Source of the DNA: Dendrobates tinctorius
Taxonomy: Eukaryota
Length of the DNA: 64,000 nt
Reading direction: 5' to 3'
Assembly (NCBI RefSeq): GCF_039654945.1
Contig: NW_027361714.1
Location: 24,428,001 to 24,492,000, forward strand
Shown here piece by piece: positions 1-13,329 of the stretch (its first letter is position 1; each line of letters starts with the position of its first letter). A program made the translations under genes and the position numbers. The notes under the pieces were generated by a model. That model was not told the DNA's origin. It saw nothing but the letters and a program-made list of their open reading frames with translations, and made no database searches.

Positions 1-299
1 TTTTGACATATATGCATCAACAAGAAAATGCTAAAAATATCCAATAATTCATAAAAGTAATATACATTGTTAAAAGATCTAAATGTGAACACTGAAAAAG
101 TAAATAACATAGTATATTTACATAGTTTTGCCAGAAAGTAATATTGCATTTATCTACTTCCATCCATTGGTACTTGTGAGCAATTATTTTTCGTCTGACA
201 TTTATCTGAATGTTCCAAATATTCACTTGGAACATCTTTTCAACAACCCACTCAGACAAATCAGTAAATCAATAGCTGTTTTCATTTTTATTTCATTAA

Positions 300-2531
300 C
301 CCCTTAACGACTGCCGATACGCCTTTTAACGGCTGTAGTTAAGGGTACTTAAACCACAGCGCCTTGAATTCACGGCGCTGTGGAAAAAGTGTGTGGAGCC
401 CCTCAGAGTCGGATTTTCTCCCGGGTCTCAGTTGTCGGGGGTAGCCAAGACTCCAGAGAACATGATTCGGGTTAGGGTTGGAATTTGAGTTAGGATTGCA
501 ATTAGGGTTAGTGTTGAAATTAGGGTTAGAGTTGGTGTTAGGGGTTAAGGTTGGGATTTGGGTTAGAGGTTAGGGTTGGGATTAGGGTTAGGTTTGGGAT
601 TAGGGCTAGGGTTGGGGTTAGGGGCTAAGGTTGGGATTAGGGTTAAGGTTGGGATTAGGGTTAGGGGTGTGTTGGTGCTAGGTTTGTGGTTAGGGTTATG
701 GCTAGGGTTGGGATTATGGTTAGGGGTGTGTTGGGGTTAGGGTTGTGGCTAGGGTTATGATTAGGGTTGGGATTAGGGTTAGGGGTGTGTTGGGGTTAGG
801 TTTGTGGTTAGAGTTATGGTTAGGGTTGGAATTAGGGTTAGGGGTGTGTTGGGGTTAGGGTTGGAGTTAGAATTGAAGGGTTTCCACTATTTAGGCACAT
901 CAGGGCATCTCCAAACGTGACATGGCACCACCATTGATTCCAGCCAATTATGCGTTCAAAAAGCCAAACAGTGCTCCCTTCATTTTGAACCCTGACATAT
1001 GCCCAAACAATGTTTTACCCCACCATATGGGGCATCAGCGTACTCAGGACAAATTGCACACCAACTTTGGTGGTCTAATTTCTCCTGTTACCCTTGGGAA
1101 ATTAAAAAATAGCGGGCTAAAAAGTCATTTTTGAGGAAAAAAATGACATTTTTATTTTCACGGCTCTGCGTTGTAAACTTCTGTGAATCACTTGGGGGTT
1201 CAAAGTGCTCACTACAAATCTAGATAAGCTGCTTGGAGGTCTAGTTTCCAAAATGGGGTCAATTGTGGGGGGGTTTCTACTGTTTAAGCACATCAAGGGC
1301 TCTGCAAGTGCAACATGACGCCCGCAGACCATTCCATCAAAGTCTGCATTCCAAAAAGGCGCTCCTTCCCTTCCGAGCTCTGCCATGCACACAAACAGTG
1401 GTGCCCCCATATATGGGGTATCAGCGTACTCAGGACAAATTGCACAACAACTTTGGGGGTCTAATTTCTCCTGTTACCCTTGTGAAAATAAAAATTTGGG
1501 GGCAAAAAGATCATTTTTGTGGAAAAAGTAGGATTTTTTATTTTCACGACTCTACGTTGTAAACTTCTGTGAATCACTTGGAGGTTCAAAGTGCTCACCA
1601 CACATCTAGTTAAGTTCCTTAAGGGGTCTAGTTTTCAAAATGGTGTCACTTGTTGCTGGTTTCCACTGCTTAGGCACATCAGGGGCTCTCCAAACGCCAT
1701 ATGGCGTCTGATCTCAATTCCACCCAATTCTGCATTGAAAAAGTCAAACGGCACTCCTTCCATTCCAAGCCCTGCCGTGCGCCAAACAGTGGTTTACCCC
1801 CACATATGGGGTTTCGGTGTATTCAAGAGAAATTGCACAACAAATTTTGTGGTTCATTTTCTCTTTTTACACTTGTGAAAATAAATAAAATTGGCTCTGA
1901 AGTAAAATGTTTGTAAAAAAAAGTTAAATGTTAATTTTTTCCTTCCACATTGCTTCAGTTCCTGTGAAGAATATAAAGGGTTAATAAAGTTCTTGACTGT
2001 GGTCTTGAGCACCTTGAGGGGTGCAGTTTTTAAAATGTTGTCACTTTTGGGTATTTTCTGTCATATTGACCCCTCAAAGTGATTTCAAATGTGATGTGGT
2101 CCCTCAAAAAAAATGGTTTTGTAAATTCTGCTGTAAAAATGAGAAAATGCTGGTCAACTTTTAACCCTTATAAGTTACCAAAAAAAAATTTTTGTTTCCA
2201 AAATTGTGCTGATGTAAAGTAGACATGTGTGAAATATTATTTATTAAGTATTTTGTGTGACATATCTCTCTGATTTAAGGGCATAAAAATAAAAAAATTG
2301 AAAATCACAAAATTCTAAATTTTTTTGCCAAACTTCCATTTTTTTCATAAATAAAAGCAAGTCATATCGAAGAAATTTTGCCACCAAGTAATATATGTCT
2401 CAAAAAACAATCTCAGAATCAGCGGGATCCGTTAAAGCGTTCCAGAGTTATAACCTCATAAAGTGATAGTGGCCAGAATTGTAAAATTTGGCCTGGTCAT
2501 TAAGCTGCAAATTGGCTCCATCACTAAGGGG
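300..2531. mobile_element. Non-autonomous piggyBac-like element (TTAA TSD, CCCCTTA termini)
   Basis: TTAA at 296-299 then CCCCTTAACGAC; ends ...CACTAAGGGG followed by TTAA at 2532-2535. No transposase ORF. Contains a TTAGGG-like tract and three ~390-bp internal tandem units starting near 880, 1272 and 1659. Confidence 0.8.
468..872 (+). repeat. Degenerate telomere-like (TTAGGG/TTGGGG)n array inside the piggyBac-like element
   Basis: Continuous GGTTAGGGTTGGGATTAGGG-type hexamers. Confidence 0.9.
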
Positions 2532-3110
2532 TTAATTAATAGTTCATGTGAAAATAAGCAACTTTGTAATATATATGCTCAGAGAAATGGTCTTCTTTCT
2601 CATCCTGCACTGATATTTCACTCTCAATTTATATCTAAAATCTGTAAAATCTGTATTCAGTGAAGAGAGCATTTTCCCAATACTGAGATGGGAGATAAGA
2701 GTTGCTACTGGGCCTTGGCCCTCTTACTACAGGTGAACACTCACCATTAGGGTGCCCCATGCAGGAAGACAGAGCAGCCAGCGAGCGTTCTCACCAGTCT
2801 GGTGAGGAAAGCGTTAATTGGCTAGCAGCCTCTCTCCCAGCATGATATGCTCCCTTTTTCAATTCCTGCACTCTGCACATTGCTCTTTCCCTTGCTGTGG
2901 GTATCTACATGATTATAGGCATGAATGAGAGGGGCCCACTGCCGCTTGACACCGAGCCCCTCTCACTTCCACCCATAATCTTGACTGAGAGGCCCAATAA
3001 CAGCTGCATGGTCTGCCACTATGGTCAGCATGCCCCTGCCTGCAAAAGGACCCCTACACCTCGGGGTCCCTGGTGAAGTTGCACCAACAATATGTACACC
3101 TCTGCTTTAA

Positions 3111-3655
3111 CCCCCTCAGCTCCTAGCCTGTTTTCACCTTCTTGATCAGGTCAAATTTCACAATTCAGACCAGTGTCACTTCATATGGAAATAACTCTGG
3201 CACGCTTCGATATATACCAGTAATTCTAAGATGTTTTTTGTCAAATGTAATTCATGATAGTAGTAAATTTTGGTTGATATGATTTATATTTAGTTATGAA
3301 AATATTGAAAATTTGACAAAAAATTTGACCATTTTGCAAATGTCAAACTTTTTGTTTTTATGCCCATAAACCAAATAGATATAACACAGAAAATAGATAA
3401 TAAATAACATTTACCACATGTCTGATATACATCAGCATAACTTTTTTAACATTTTTTTTGTATGAAGTTAGAAGGGTTAAAAGTTAATCATCAGTTTTTC
3501 ATTTACAAAATCATTTTTTTTAGGGATGACATCACATTTGAAGTGACTTTGAAATGTCTATGTAACAGAAAATGACCAAAAGTCAAACCATTTTAAAAAC
3601 TTCACCCCTTAAAGTGCCCTAAACCACATTCAAGACTTTTTTTTAGCACTTTTGA
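3111..3655. mobile_element. Truncated piggyBac-like non-autonomous element (one end)
   Basis: TTAA at 3107-3110 followed by CCCCCTCAG; AT-rich body partly resembles the reverse complement of 1950-2300; no other end found. Confidence 0.45.
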
Positions 3656-3659
3656 ATTA

Positions 3660-4406
3660 ACCAGAAATATATTGGGAGAATGTCATATGGTCTGATGAAG
3701 CCAAAGTAGAACTGATTGGTAGAAACAAAACTCGTCGTGTTTGAAGGAGACAGAATGCTGAGTTGCATCCAAAGAACACCATACCTACCATGAAGCATGG
3801 GGTGGCAACATCATGCTTTGGGGCTGTTTCTCTGCAAAGCAACCAGGATAACTGATCCGTGTACATGAAAGAATGAATGGGGCCATGTATCGTGAAATTT
3901 TGAGTGCAAACCTCCTTCCATCAGCAAGTACACCACCAGGGCAACGAAGGAGTGACTTCGTATGAAGCATGGCCTAGCCAGTTTCCAGATCTCAACCCCT
4001 TAGAAAACCTTTGGAGGGATTTGAAAATCCATGTTGCCCAGTGACAGGCCCAAAATATCACTGCTCTAGAGGACATCTGCATGGAGGAATGGACCAACAT
4101 ACCACCAACAGTGTGTGCCAACCTTGTGAAGACTTATAGAAATTGTTAGACCTCTGTCATTGCCAGCAAAGGATATATAACAAAATAATGAGATTAACTT
4201 TTGTTAATGACCAAATACTTATTTTCCACCATAATTTGAAAAATATATCTTGTCAAATCAGACAAGGTGATTTTCTGGATTTTTTTTCTTATTTTGACTC
4301 TCATAGTTGTGGTAGGCCTATGATGTCTATTACAGGCCTCTCTCATCTTTTTAAGTGGGAGAACTTGCACAATTGGTGGCTGACTAAATACATTTTTCCC
4401 CCACTG
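3660..4406 (+). mobile_element. Tc1/mariner 3' fragment: decayed transposase C-terminal half plus right long TIR
   Basis: Plus-strand translation gives WENVIWSDEAKVELIGRN, KHGVATS and [15 protein letters not shown] with stops and frameshifts; ends ...TTTTTCCCCCACTG at 4406. The ~200-bp end is the reverse complement of 42487-42684. Confidence 0.85.
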
Positions 4407-6102
4407 CATATAAAGATTTTAAGCTTAGTGTCCCAAAAGCTATGATCAGAATTCATGGGTCAAAACAAAAACCAAAGTGGTGTTTGTCTATGACTTAGGC
4501 TCTTTCATTGTCAACCATTTATAGAATCTCGTTTTTATGCTTAAAGGGTAATTATACTTTCATGCCACTTTTCAGAATAAGCTGCCATGTGTGTGTACTA
4601 TTTCTGACCAGGATATAACTTTTATCCTGCACATTCACCAGCTCTATATCTCAATTTGCATTTGACTCTGAGCTGGTGGAAAGAGACTATCTGCTACGAT
4701 ATCTTCCATAAGTAGCACATAACACAAGGATGGATTTTTGTTTTTCAGTCCTTAGCACCCAGACAGAACAGCAGGAGTATGAAGGAAATTATATAGAAAT
4801 GCTGAACAGTGTAGTTGTAAATCCAATTCTAGGGAAAGGTAAAAAACTTAGAAAACTCAGCTTGATCTTTCCGTGTCTCTCTGCTTGTTTTCCCTTTGCA
4901 ACTGACTACTCTGCCTCCCTCATCTCTCCATAGAATATAATCTTAGCAACATGACACAACAAGTTCAGCAAGATGGACCTAAGATATTTTTCCAGAGTGG
5001 ATGACAAGTTCAGGAGGCAAGGGGGAGGGGACAAAGTGGTTGATAAGGGGAGAAGGTTGTAGATTTCTCTGATAAGATATATATAAGATAGAAAAGATTC
5101 TTATATTCCCACATACTATTGATTTATACAAAGTTTGTTGAAATTACAGTTTCCATTTAAGGAGACAATATATATAATTCTCTTTATTTTCGGCACTGCT
5201 ACATACTTTTGTTTTTCAAAAACCATTGGAGAAATTTTCAAATAAAAAATTAGTTATATGTGCCAGTTATTTGCATATGTGATAATACATATACATTTCT
5301 TGTCTTTTGATTGAAATGCAGATAATAGACCTTAAGTGTTTCCAAATGTTTTCTCCTCCATAAATAACATAACATGTACCCTGACTGCAATGACATATTT
5401 ACGCAGGTTCATTTTGTCTCAAGCCCTTGGTCTTATGATATATGGCGTAATGGCGCTGAAAACATTGCATTTTGCATGCAATACTTGCAAAAATCTACTT
5501 AATTTATGATTGGAAATGTGTGTTTTATTAAAACTATACTCAGCTCTTTAAAAGCTTAAATAGGACTTGATTTTTGGTAAGTAGAATATTGCCTGCAGAA
5601 ATAATACACCACAAACAAACAAAAATATTTTGAGTATAAAGGTTTGGAAAATTCTCTATTGTTCATTCTAATCACACTCCCATACTTATACAAAACCACT
5701 ATGTCAAACAGGGCTGCCATCAGGAATTTCAGGACCCCATACTGGTAACATTTTCTGTCCCCAATGAGATTCCGCCCAGGCCCCACCCCTTCTCCAACTC
5801 CCCCATTGAACATTTCCCAATCCCATTGCCCTCTGTTGTAAACATTTCACTTCTGCACCACATCCTCACCAATCACACATTAACAGTTCCATATGAACAC
5901 CATATCGCATACACAGCCTGCAGCTTTTGTTTTGGTCAAAAGATTTTTTAAGCCGCCACCATGATAAGGTTGCTTCTTTTAGCAGGACCTTACTATATTC
6001 TAACCTATTAAAAAGTCTTAAAATTCTCTTTTTAGGTATATTTTTATTTATTTTTCTTTAAAAGAATGTGTCACATACATTTTTTAAAATGAGTCATGAC
6101 CA

Positions 6103-6436
6103 TTAACACCACAAACAAGGGACAAATACTGTCACACCATGACTGGACCTCATATTACCACCACATAGTGACCGAATAATACCACATAAAAGGCACAAAT
6201 ACAGCCATACCATGACCAGACTACATATTACCATCACATAGTAACCAAATAATGCCACATACAAGGAACAAATACCCCCACACCATGACCAGATCACATA
6301 TTACCATCACATAGTAACAAATACAGCCACACCGTGACCAGACCACATATTACCACCACATAGTGACTGAGTAATAACACATACAAGGCACAAATATAGC
6401 CATACCATGACCAGACCACATATTACCATCACATAG
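6103..6436. repeat. ~70-bp minisatellite (ACCATGACCAGACCACATATTACCACCACATAGT...)
   Basis: About 5 tandem units; resumes at 12499-12565; the same motif recurs at 36765-36900. Confidence 0.85.
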
Positions 6437-7402
6437 TGTTAGGGACGGCGGAACGCACTAAATAATAAATAATAGAAAGTGCGTTTGCCGCCTGGGGTCC
6501 ACCATGCAGAGGTGTTACACTGCTGTTATGTGATGGAAGACGCTCGATATGGCGGTATTGCGCACGCGGGTTGAACGTCACCCGGTGTGCGCTGGGCGGA
6601 CTCTGTTAATTCACAGAGACGTCGAGGCGTTAAACACAAATGCTGAGCCTGTTGAACTCACAGGACTCAGCGCAATGCATGCACGGTATATGGTCATAGG
6701 ACCCCGACACAGGGTCAGCGTCCTTCTAGATCTACTGTGCGTACGTCGTCGCAACCGCGGACGCCAATAAGTGCTGCTGACTGCAGCGCGGCGACAGACA
6801 CTGCCGCAAGACGACAATATCCGGTAGCAGGCACACTGTCGGATGCTAGTACCGTGGATGATATGCACTGTGGCCTGTAGCTTGCCACTGACTGGCGCTG
6901 ACTCTATCACTAGTTCCCTATCCACACACGTAATATCAGAAGGAGGGGAATCTTAATGAGTCATTTGCAAGGCCATGCATCCATCATCATTCACACAGGT
7001 AGCAACTAGAGTCTATACTAGCGCATGGCCAAGTGGCCATGCAAACCTTTTATAGCTGGGACCTTTCAGAAGCTTCCAGATCCCTGAGATGGACCAATCA
7101 GATCTGGAGAAGGACCTGTGCATGTGACTCCCGATCTCCAATGGGAGATCGTCTCATGAGCATGCTCAGTGGAGTAACGGAAGGACTTAGTCTCTGGAGT
7201 GGCTTGCTGCTGAGCAGCCTGCATTGCTATTGCTGGCCCAGAGGTAGCAGCAACAACCAGACCTACATAGCTGGTCTGAGCAGAGCGTCGGGAACGATGG
7301 GACTGCTGAGCAGGCTCCTCTGCAGTCGATGGAGAATGGGAGACCGCAGAATTTGAGGCTCTGGATCCCTGCTGTGCAATTGCAGGAACCCGATGCCTAA
7401 CA
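6437..7402 (-). repeat. 3' LTR of gypsy element 1
   Basis: TGTTAGGG...CCTAACA; direct repeat of 11527-12498; adjacent to the PPT. Confidence 0.95.
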
Positions 7403-7409
7403 TTACCCC

Positions 7410-10400
7410 CCCTAAGGCCCCCTCCCCTCTGAGCCTCACTACGCTCAAATGCAGCGTTAAGGAGCGGGGCGTGGATGTTCTCCACTGGTTCCCAGGTCCG
7501 GGCCTCTGGACCATGACTCTTCCAATCCACCAAATAAAACTTTTTACTATGCGCCTCCCTGCGTCCCACATTGGTGTTGACCTCAAACTCATCCGAAGAC
7601 AAGTCTGATGTCCCGGCAGATGACTCGGAAAACCAGGACATATGAACAGGTTTGAGAAGGGACATGTGGAAGACGTCAGAGATGGCCAAGTGTGGTGGAA
7701 GAGCCAGACGATAGACCACCAAGCTGATCCGCTCGAGAATTTTGAAGGGACCGATGTATCACTGCGTGAACTTGGTAGACTTGGCCCGCAGCCTGATATT
7801 TCTGGCAGAGAGCCACACCAAGTCGCCAGGGGCAAAAGTTGGAGCGGGGTGCCAATGTGTGTCGGTGGACGCCCTCATTCTCACCTTAGAGGCTCGAATG
7901 GCATCCTGGGTGTGATCCCAAATGTCGCGAGCCTCCACTGCCCAGTCTGCCACTCTGGAATCAGTGGAAGACACTGGCATCAGGACAGGGACGCGTGGAT
8001 GCTGGCCGTAATTAAGAAGGAATGGCGTCTGACCAGTTGAATCAGCCATTGCATTAATCAGGGCAAATTCGGCCCATGGTAGTAAGGAAGCCCAGTCATC
8101 CTGCATGGCAGAGACAAAATGTCACAGGTACGTGACCAGAGTTTGGTTGGTTCTCTCAACCAACCCGTTCATCTCGGGATGATAGGCAGAAGACAAGTTT
8201 AGTTCGATACTGAGTAGACTGCAGCGCTCCCTCCAAAACCGAGATGCAAATTGGGGACCTCGGTCACTAACTATTTTGTCCGGCATATCGTGCAAACGAA
8301 ATACGTGCTTTATGAACAGTGCAGCGAGACCTCGAGCAGAAGGCAGCCGCGCGAGTGGCACCAGATGCACCATTTTAGAAAAAATGATCGGTGACCACCC
8401 AGATGACTGTGCTGCCACCGGACTTGGGCATGCCGACCACAAAATCCATGCCAACCATCTCCCAGGGTCTGTCTGCCACCGGCAGGTGATACAGTAACCC
8501 AGTCGGTCTCTGCCTAGAGGATCTGTTCCGAGCACAAGAGATGCATGCCTGAATGTAATCTTTTGTGTCCCGCGCCATGTGGGGCCACCAATAAGACCTT
8601 GCCAAGAGTTCTGTGGTTCGCTTATTGCCAAAGTGACCACCCACCCTGGACGAGTGTGCCCACGCGAGAACCTCCAGCCACAGGCGAGGAGGGACAAAGG
8701 TCTTGCCCGCAGCACTGACTCGAGAGCAACCGGGGCCACAGTCCTCAGACTCTCAGTGGGGACGATTAGCCAAGGCTCAGCCTCCTTCTCCTCCGCCGAG
8801 ACCACCGAGCGAGAGAGAGCATCAGCACGGACGCTCTTCTCACCGGACAGGTAGTGCAAGGTGAAGCGGAAGCGGGAGAAGAAGAGCGACCACCTAGCTT
8901 GACGAGAGTTCAAGCGCTGGGCCGTTTGTAGATAGACCAGGTTTTTATGATCAGTGTACACCTGAAAAGGGAACCGGGCTCCTTCCAGGAGATGTCTCCA
9001 CTCGGAAAAGGCCAACTTCATTGCCAGCAACTCCCTGTCCCCGATGGAGTAGTTTTTCTCTGCCGGTGAGAAGTTCTTTGAGAAGAAGAAGCAGGGATGC
9101 TTCTGACCTTGAGCATCCTTCTGGAAAAGGACTGCTCCTGCACCGACGGATGAGGCATCCACCTCTAGGATAAAAGGTTTATCCACGTCGGGGCGGTGTA
9201 GGATAGGAACGCCAGCAAAATGGGTTTTCAGAGAGGAGAAGGCCGTGGAGACCTGTTCTGACCAAACTTTGGGATTAGCTCCTTTTTTGGTGAGGGCAAC
9301 CAAAGGAGCTACCAGTGTGGAGAAGTGGGGAATGAACTGACGGTAGTAATTAACGAACCCCAAAAAGCGCTGCACCGCTTTAAAAGAATGGGGCTCTTGC
9401 CAGTCCAAAACCGCCTGCAATTTGGCAGGATCCATTGCCAACCCCTGGGCCGAGATGATATAGCCCAGGAACGGCAAGGACTCCTGCTCAAATTGGCACT
9501 TATCCAACTTGGCGAAGAGAGTTTGCCCGCAAACGGTCAAAGACCTTGCAGACGTCTCTCCGGTGGGAGGCCAAATCTGGAGGAAAGATGAGAATGTCAT
9601 CCAGATAGACCACCACCGAGGTGGAGAGCATGTCGCGAAAGACGTCGTTTACGAAGTCTTGGAAGAGAGCAGGTGCATTACAGAGATCGAAGGGCATGAC
9701 CAGATACTCATAGTGGCCATCCCTGTTATTAAAGGTTATCTTCCACTTGTCCCCTTTGCGTATGCGGATCAGGTTGTAAGACCCCCGTAGATCCAACTTA
9801 GTGAAGATCCGGGCCCCTCACAACCTGTCAAACAACTCAGAGATCAAAAGAAGAGGGTATTTGTTTTTTACGGTAATAGCATTGAGACCTCTGTAGTCAA
9901 TGCAGGGACGCAGCTCTCCACTCTTCTTCTGCACGAAGAAGAACCCTGCCCCAGCTGGCGACACCGACTTTCTGATAAAACCTCTTGCCAGGTTCTCCTG
10001 GATATATTGTGACATGGCCTCCGTCTGCAGGAGAGATAGAGGATACATGCGGCATCTAGGAGGTTCCGCGCCTCGCAAAAGGTCTATCTGACAGTCGTAA
10101 GGATGGTGCGGCGGAAGTGTCTCTGCTGATTTTTTGGAGAAGACGTCCGCGTACTGCTGGTAGTGTCTGAGAAGCGCGGAAAGATCCGCGGGCACTTCCG
10201 TGGAGGCTACTTGAATGCTGCCCCTCATGCACCTTCCCTCACAGTCCTTGCTCCAGCCCAGTATATTCCCCAAAGACCAGTCTATATGAGGGGAATGGCA
10301 ACGGAGCCACGGAACTCCGAGAAGCACCTGGTCAATGCCCTCTGGCATAATGAACAGGGACAACGTCTCGTGGTGAGATGGTGTGATTGAGAGCCCAAGG

Positions 10401-10693
10401 GGTGCTGTCTGGTGGGTAACCTGGGATGGTAAGGCCAAACCTTTGACCATCCTGACGGTCACGGGGTGAGGCAGTAGCACCAGCGGGATTGCGTGCTTTT
10501 GGGCGAAGGCCGAGGACATAAAGTTTCCTTCTGCCTCGGCGTCCACCGTGACCTCTACCTCCCAGGTGGAAGAACCGCTATCTAACGTCCCTCGGAATAC
10601 TGGCTTGGGGGAGAAAGGTTTCATATCAGATAGACCCCCACCTACTACCACTGGACGTGATCGTTTTTTCAACCGCGTTAACCGGGTGACCAA
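7410..10693 (-). pseudogene. pol: Pol (protease, RT, RNase H, integrase, chromodomain), frameshifted
   Basis: ORF fragments 9818-10693 ([10 protein letters not shown]), 9500-9796 (YLDD), 8122-9600 (EVDAS, TDHKNL, SDRGPQF), 8375-8644 (HHCC zinc finger remnant), 7759-8106, 7066-7722 (YLVDWKSHGPEARTWEP chromodomain). Confidence 0.92.
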
Positions 10694-11501
10694 ACTGTCG
10701 ACACTGGTAACAGAATGTGGAGCTTCGCACTGGGCGCAGCTTGGAACCGGTGCGAGACACCTTCATGGGTTCAAGAGGTTCAGAGAAGATGGGAGCCAAC
10801 TTAACCTTCCGTCTGGATTGAGCTCGCTCCAGCCCACACTCATTAAAACGGAGATCAATGCGGGTGGAGATAGCAATCAGCTCCTCCAGACTTATGGGAA
10901 CCTCCCTGGTAGCTAGAGCATTTTTGACATGCTCCACCAAACCCCTCCGGAACACAAGGACGAGTGTCTTATCAGGCCACTCCAGCTCGGAAGTCAGTGT
11001 CTGGAAACGGACGGCATAATGGCTGACCGAGAGGGATCCCTGTGTTAGAGCTAATAACTGGAGAAGGGTGTCGTGAGTGACCCGTGGTCCCAAAAAGACC
11101 TGCTTTAGGGACATTAGAAACTGAGTAGCGCTCATAACCACGGGGTGATCACGCTCCCACAGTGGCGTGGCCCATTCTAACGCCCTGCCCGACAGGAGGG
11201 AGATAATAAACCCCACCTTAGGAGGCTCTGTAGGGAATCGTGCGGCCAGTAACTCAAGCTGGATAGAGCACTGGCTCACGAAGCCCCTACAGGTGGCACT
11301 GTCACCCGAGAACTTGTCGGGCAACGGGAGACAGCAAAATGTCGGCGCAGGCGTGGATGTGGGCATACGAGAGACAGCCTCTGCGACTGCCTGAACAGCA
11401 GCCCCAGTAGCATTCACAGCTGAGGTGGAAATCTCGAGAGCCGCCAACCTGCCCTCCAGCTGCCGAATATACTGCAGTAGCTGCTGCTTGTCCGCCATCA
11501 C
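10626..11501 (-). CDS. gag: Gag (PEG10/RTL-like capsid, degenerate CCHC knuckle)
   Basis: 291-aa ORF with [28 protein letters not shown] and CYQCRQFGH (last Cys lost). Confidence 0.85.
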   Translation of the reverse strand: MMADKQQLLQYIRQLEGRLAALEISTSAVNATGAAVQAVAEAVSRMPTSTPAPTFCCLPLPDKFSGDSATCRGFVSQCSIQLELLAARFPTEPPKVGFIISLLSGRALEWATPLWERDHPVVMSATQFLMSLKQVFLGPRVTHDTLLQLLALTQGSLSVSHYAVRFQTLTSELEWPDKTLVLVFRRGLVEHVKNALATREVPISLEELIAISTRIDLRFNECGLERAQSRRKVKLAPIFSEPLEPMKVSRTGSKLRPVRSSTFCYQCRQFGHPVNAVEKTITSSGSRWGSI

Positions 11502-11526
11502 TAGCCAGACCCTGGCGCTAGTATAA

Positions 11527-12498
11527 TGTTAGGGATGGCCGAACGCACTAAATAATAAATAATAGAAAGTGCGTTCGCCGCCCGGGGTCCACCGTGCAGA
11601 GGTGTTACACTGCTACTATGTAATGGCAGATGCTCGATATGGCGGTATTGCGCACGTGGGTTGAACGTCACCCAGTGTACGCTGGGCGGACTCTGTTAAT
11701 TCACAGAGACGCCAAGGCGTTAAACACAAATGCTGAGCCTGTTGAACTCACAGGACTCAGCGCAATGCACGCACAGTATATGGTCACAGGACCCAGACCC
11801 TGACACAGGGTCAGCGTCCGTCTAGACCTACCGGGCGTATGGCGTCGCAACCGCGGACACCAATAAGTGCTGCTGACTGCAGCGCGGCAGCAGACACTGC
11901 TGCAAGATGACAATGCCCATTAGCAGGCATACTGTCGGACGCTAGTACCGTGGATGATATGCACTGTGGCCTGTAGCTTGCCACTGACTGGCGCTGACTC
12001 TATCACTAGTTCCCTATCCACACACGTAATATCAGAGGGAGGGGAATCTTAATGAGTCATTTGCAAGTCCATGCATCCGTCATCATTCACACAGGTAGCA
12101 ACTAGAGTCTATACTAGCGCATGGCCGAGCGGCCATGCGAACATTTTATAGCCGAGACCTTTCGGAAGCTTCCAGATCCCTGAGATCGACCAATCACATC
12201 TGGAAAAGGACCTGTGCATGTGACTCCTGATCTCCAATGGGAGATAGTCTCGTGAGCATGCTCAGTGGAGCGATGGAAGCACTTAGCCTCTGGAGTGGCT
12301 TGCTGCTGAGCAGCCTACATTGTTATTGCTGGCCCAGAGGTGGCAGCAACAACCAGACCTACAGAGCTGGTCTGAGCAGAGCATCGGGAATGACGGGACT
12401 GCTGAGCAGGCTTCTCTGTAGTCGATGGAGAATGGGAGACCGCTGAATGTGAGGCTCTGGATCCCTGCTGTGCAGTTGCAGGAACCCGACGCCTAACA
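11527..12498 (-). repeat. 5' LTR of gypsy element 1
   Basis: TGTTAGGG...CCTAACA; minus-strand TATAAAA at 12144-12150. Confidence 0.95.
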
Positions 12499-13329
12499 CA
12501 TAGTAACTGAATAATACCACATACAAGGAACAAATGCCGCCACACCATGACGAGACCAAATATTACCCCCTTCTCCTCAATTCATCATTTGCAGTTCCCC
12601 TCACCCATTTAATTCATTTTATAACGATAAAAAAAGTTTTTCAGACTTACCTCACTGACGATCCCCTGCAGGCACAGCTTTGCTTCTGGTCTCCTGGCCG
12701 GTGCGAATGTGATTACGTCATCGTGTATGTGCCATCACCTGACCAGAAGTCTAGAGAAGGTGGAGGGAGCTGGAGTTGTGCAGCTGTTTAGACTAGATAG
12801 CCATGAAACTCTGAGAAAGCTCCCAGAGCCTAGGTGTATGCCGCACTGCACTTTATTACACCCTGGTGCCTGGTGAGGAGAAACAAAAGAGGGTGGCCTG
12901 GACTGGATCCAGGTCCCTCCTCTGTAATTCTGCTCACTAGGACCCATAATGCCCTGATAGCAGCCATGATGCCAAAGTCAGTGAAGCTTCTTATGGATTT
13001 TGTCTCCTAGTGTGTCCCCTGAGATTAGATACAGTATAGATGAAATTTACGGATTTGCCACTAAATAAGTAAATACTATTGATTTTCAATCATTAGCGAT
13101 GGAGAGTGTTTCCACTTTGGAAGCCCTTATCACAGTAGAGGAGATCTGTAGTATGTGGAATGGGAAGTGGAAAGTCCACATAACCAAACAAGATTCCCGT
13201 AAAGGTATGTATTAAATATCTTGTGATCACTGTGCCTAGATTCCTTAGAGTACATCAATCCTTCTTTGACTGTAGATGTATATTGTTTCAGTGTACATTA
13301 TACATAGGAACTCTGTACTTAGTATACAG

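Larger units (their letters stand above)
6437..12498 (-). mobile_element. Full-length sushi/chromovirus-type Ty3/gypsy LTR retrotransposon (decayed)
   Basis: Two TG...CA LTRs (6437-7402, 11527-12498); perfect 5-bp TSD CATAG (6432-6436, 12499-12503); minus-strand PPT at 7403-7430; gag-PR-RT-RH-IN-chromodomain order. Confidence 0.95.
5709..12968. mobile_element. Non-autonomous hAT-type element (8-bp TSD), split by a gypsy insertion
   Basis: TIRs CAGGGCTGCCATCAGG / CCTGATAGCAGCCATG; TSD ATGTCAAA (5701-5708) / ATGCCAAA (12969-12976). The internal ~70-bp minisatellite continues across the gypsy insertion. Confidence 0.8.

Noticed and set aside
468-872. True telomere or chromosome-fusion scar
   Set aside because: The tract is degenerate, in a single orientation, and lies at the same position in two copies of one transposon.
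10626-11501. Domesticated PEG10/RTL-like host gene
   Set aside because: It lies within an element that has both LTRs and a TSD, with a frameshifted pol and a broken zinc knuckle.
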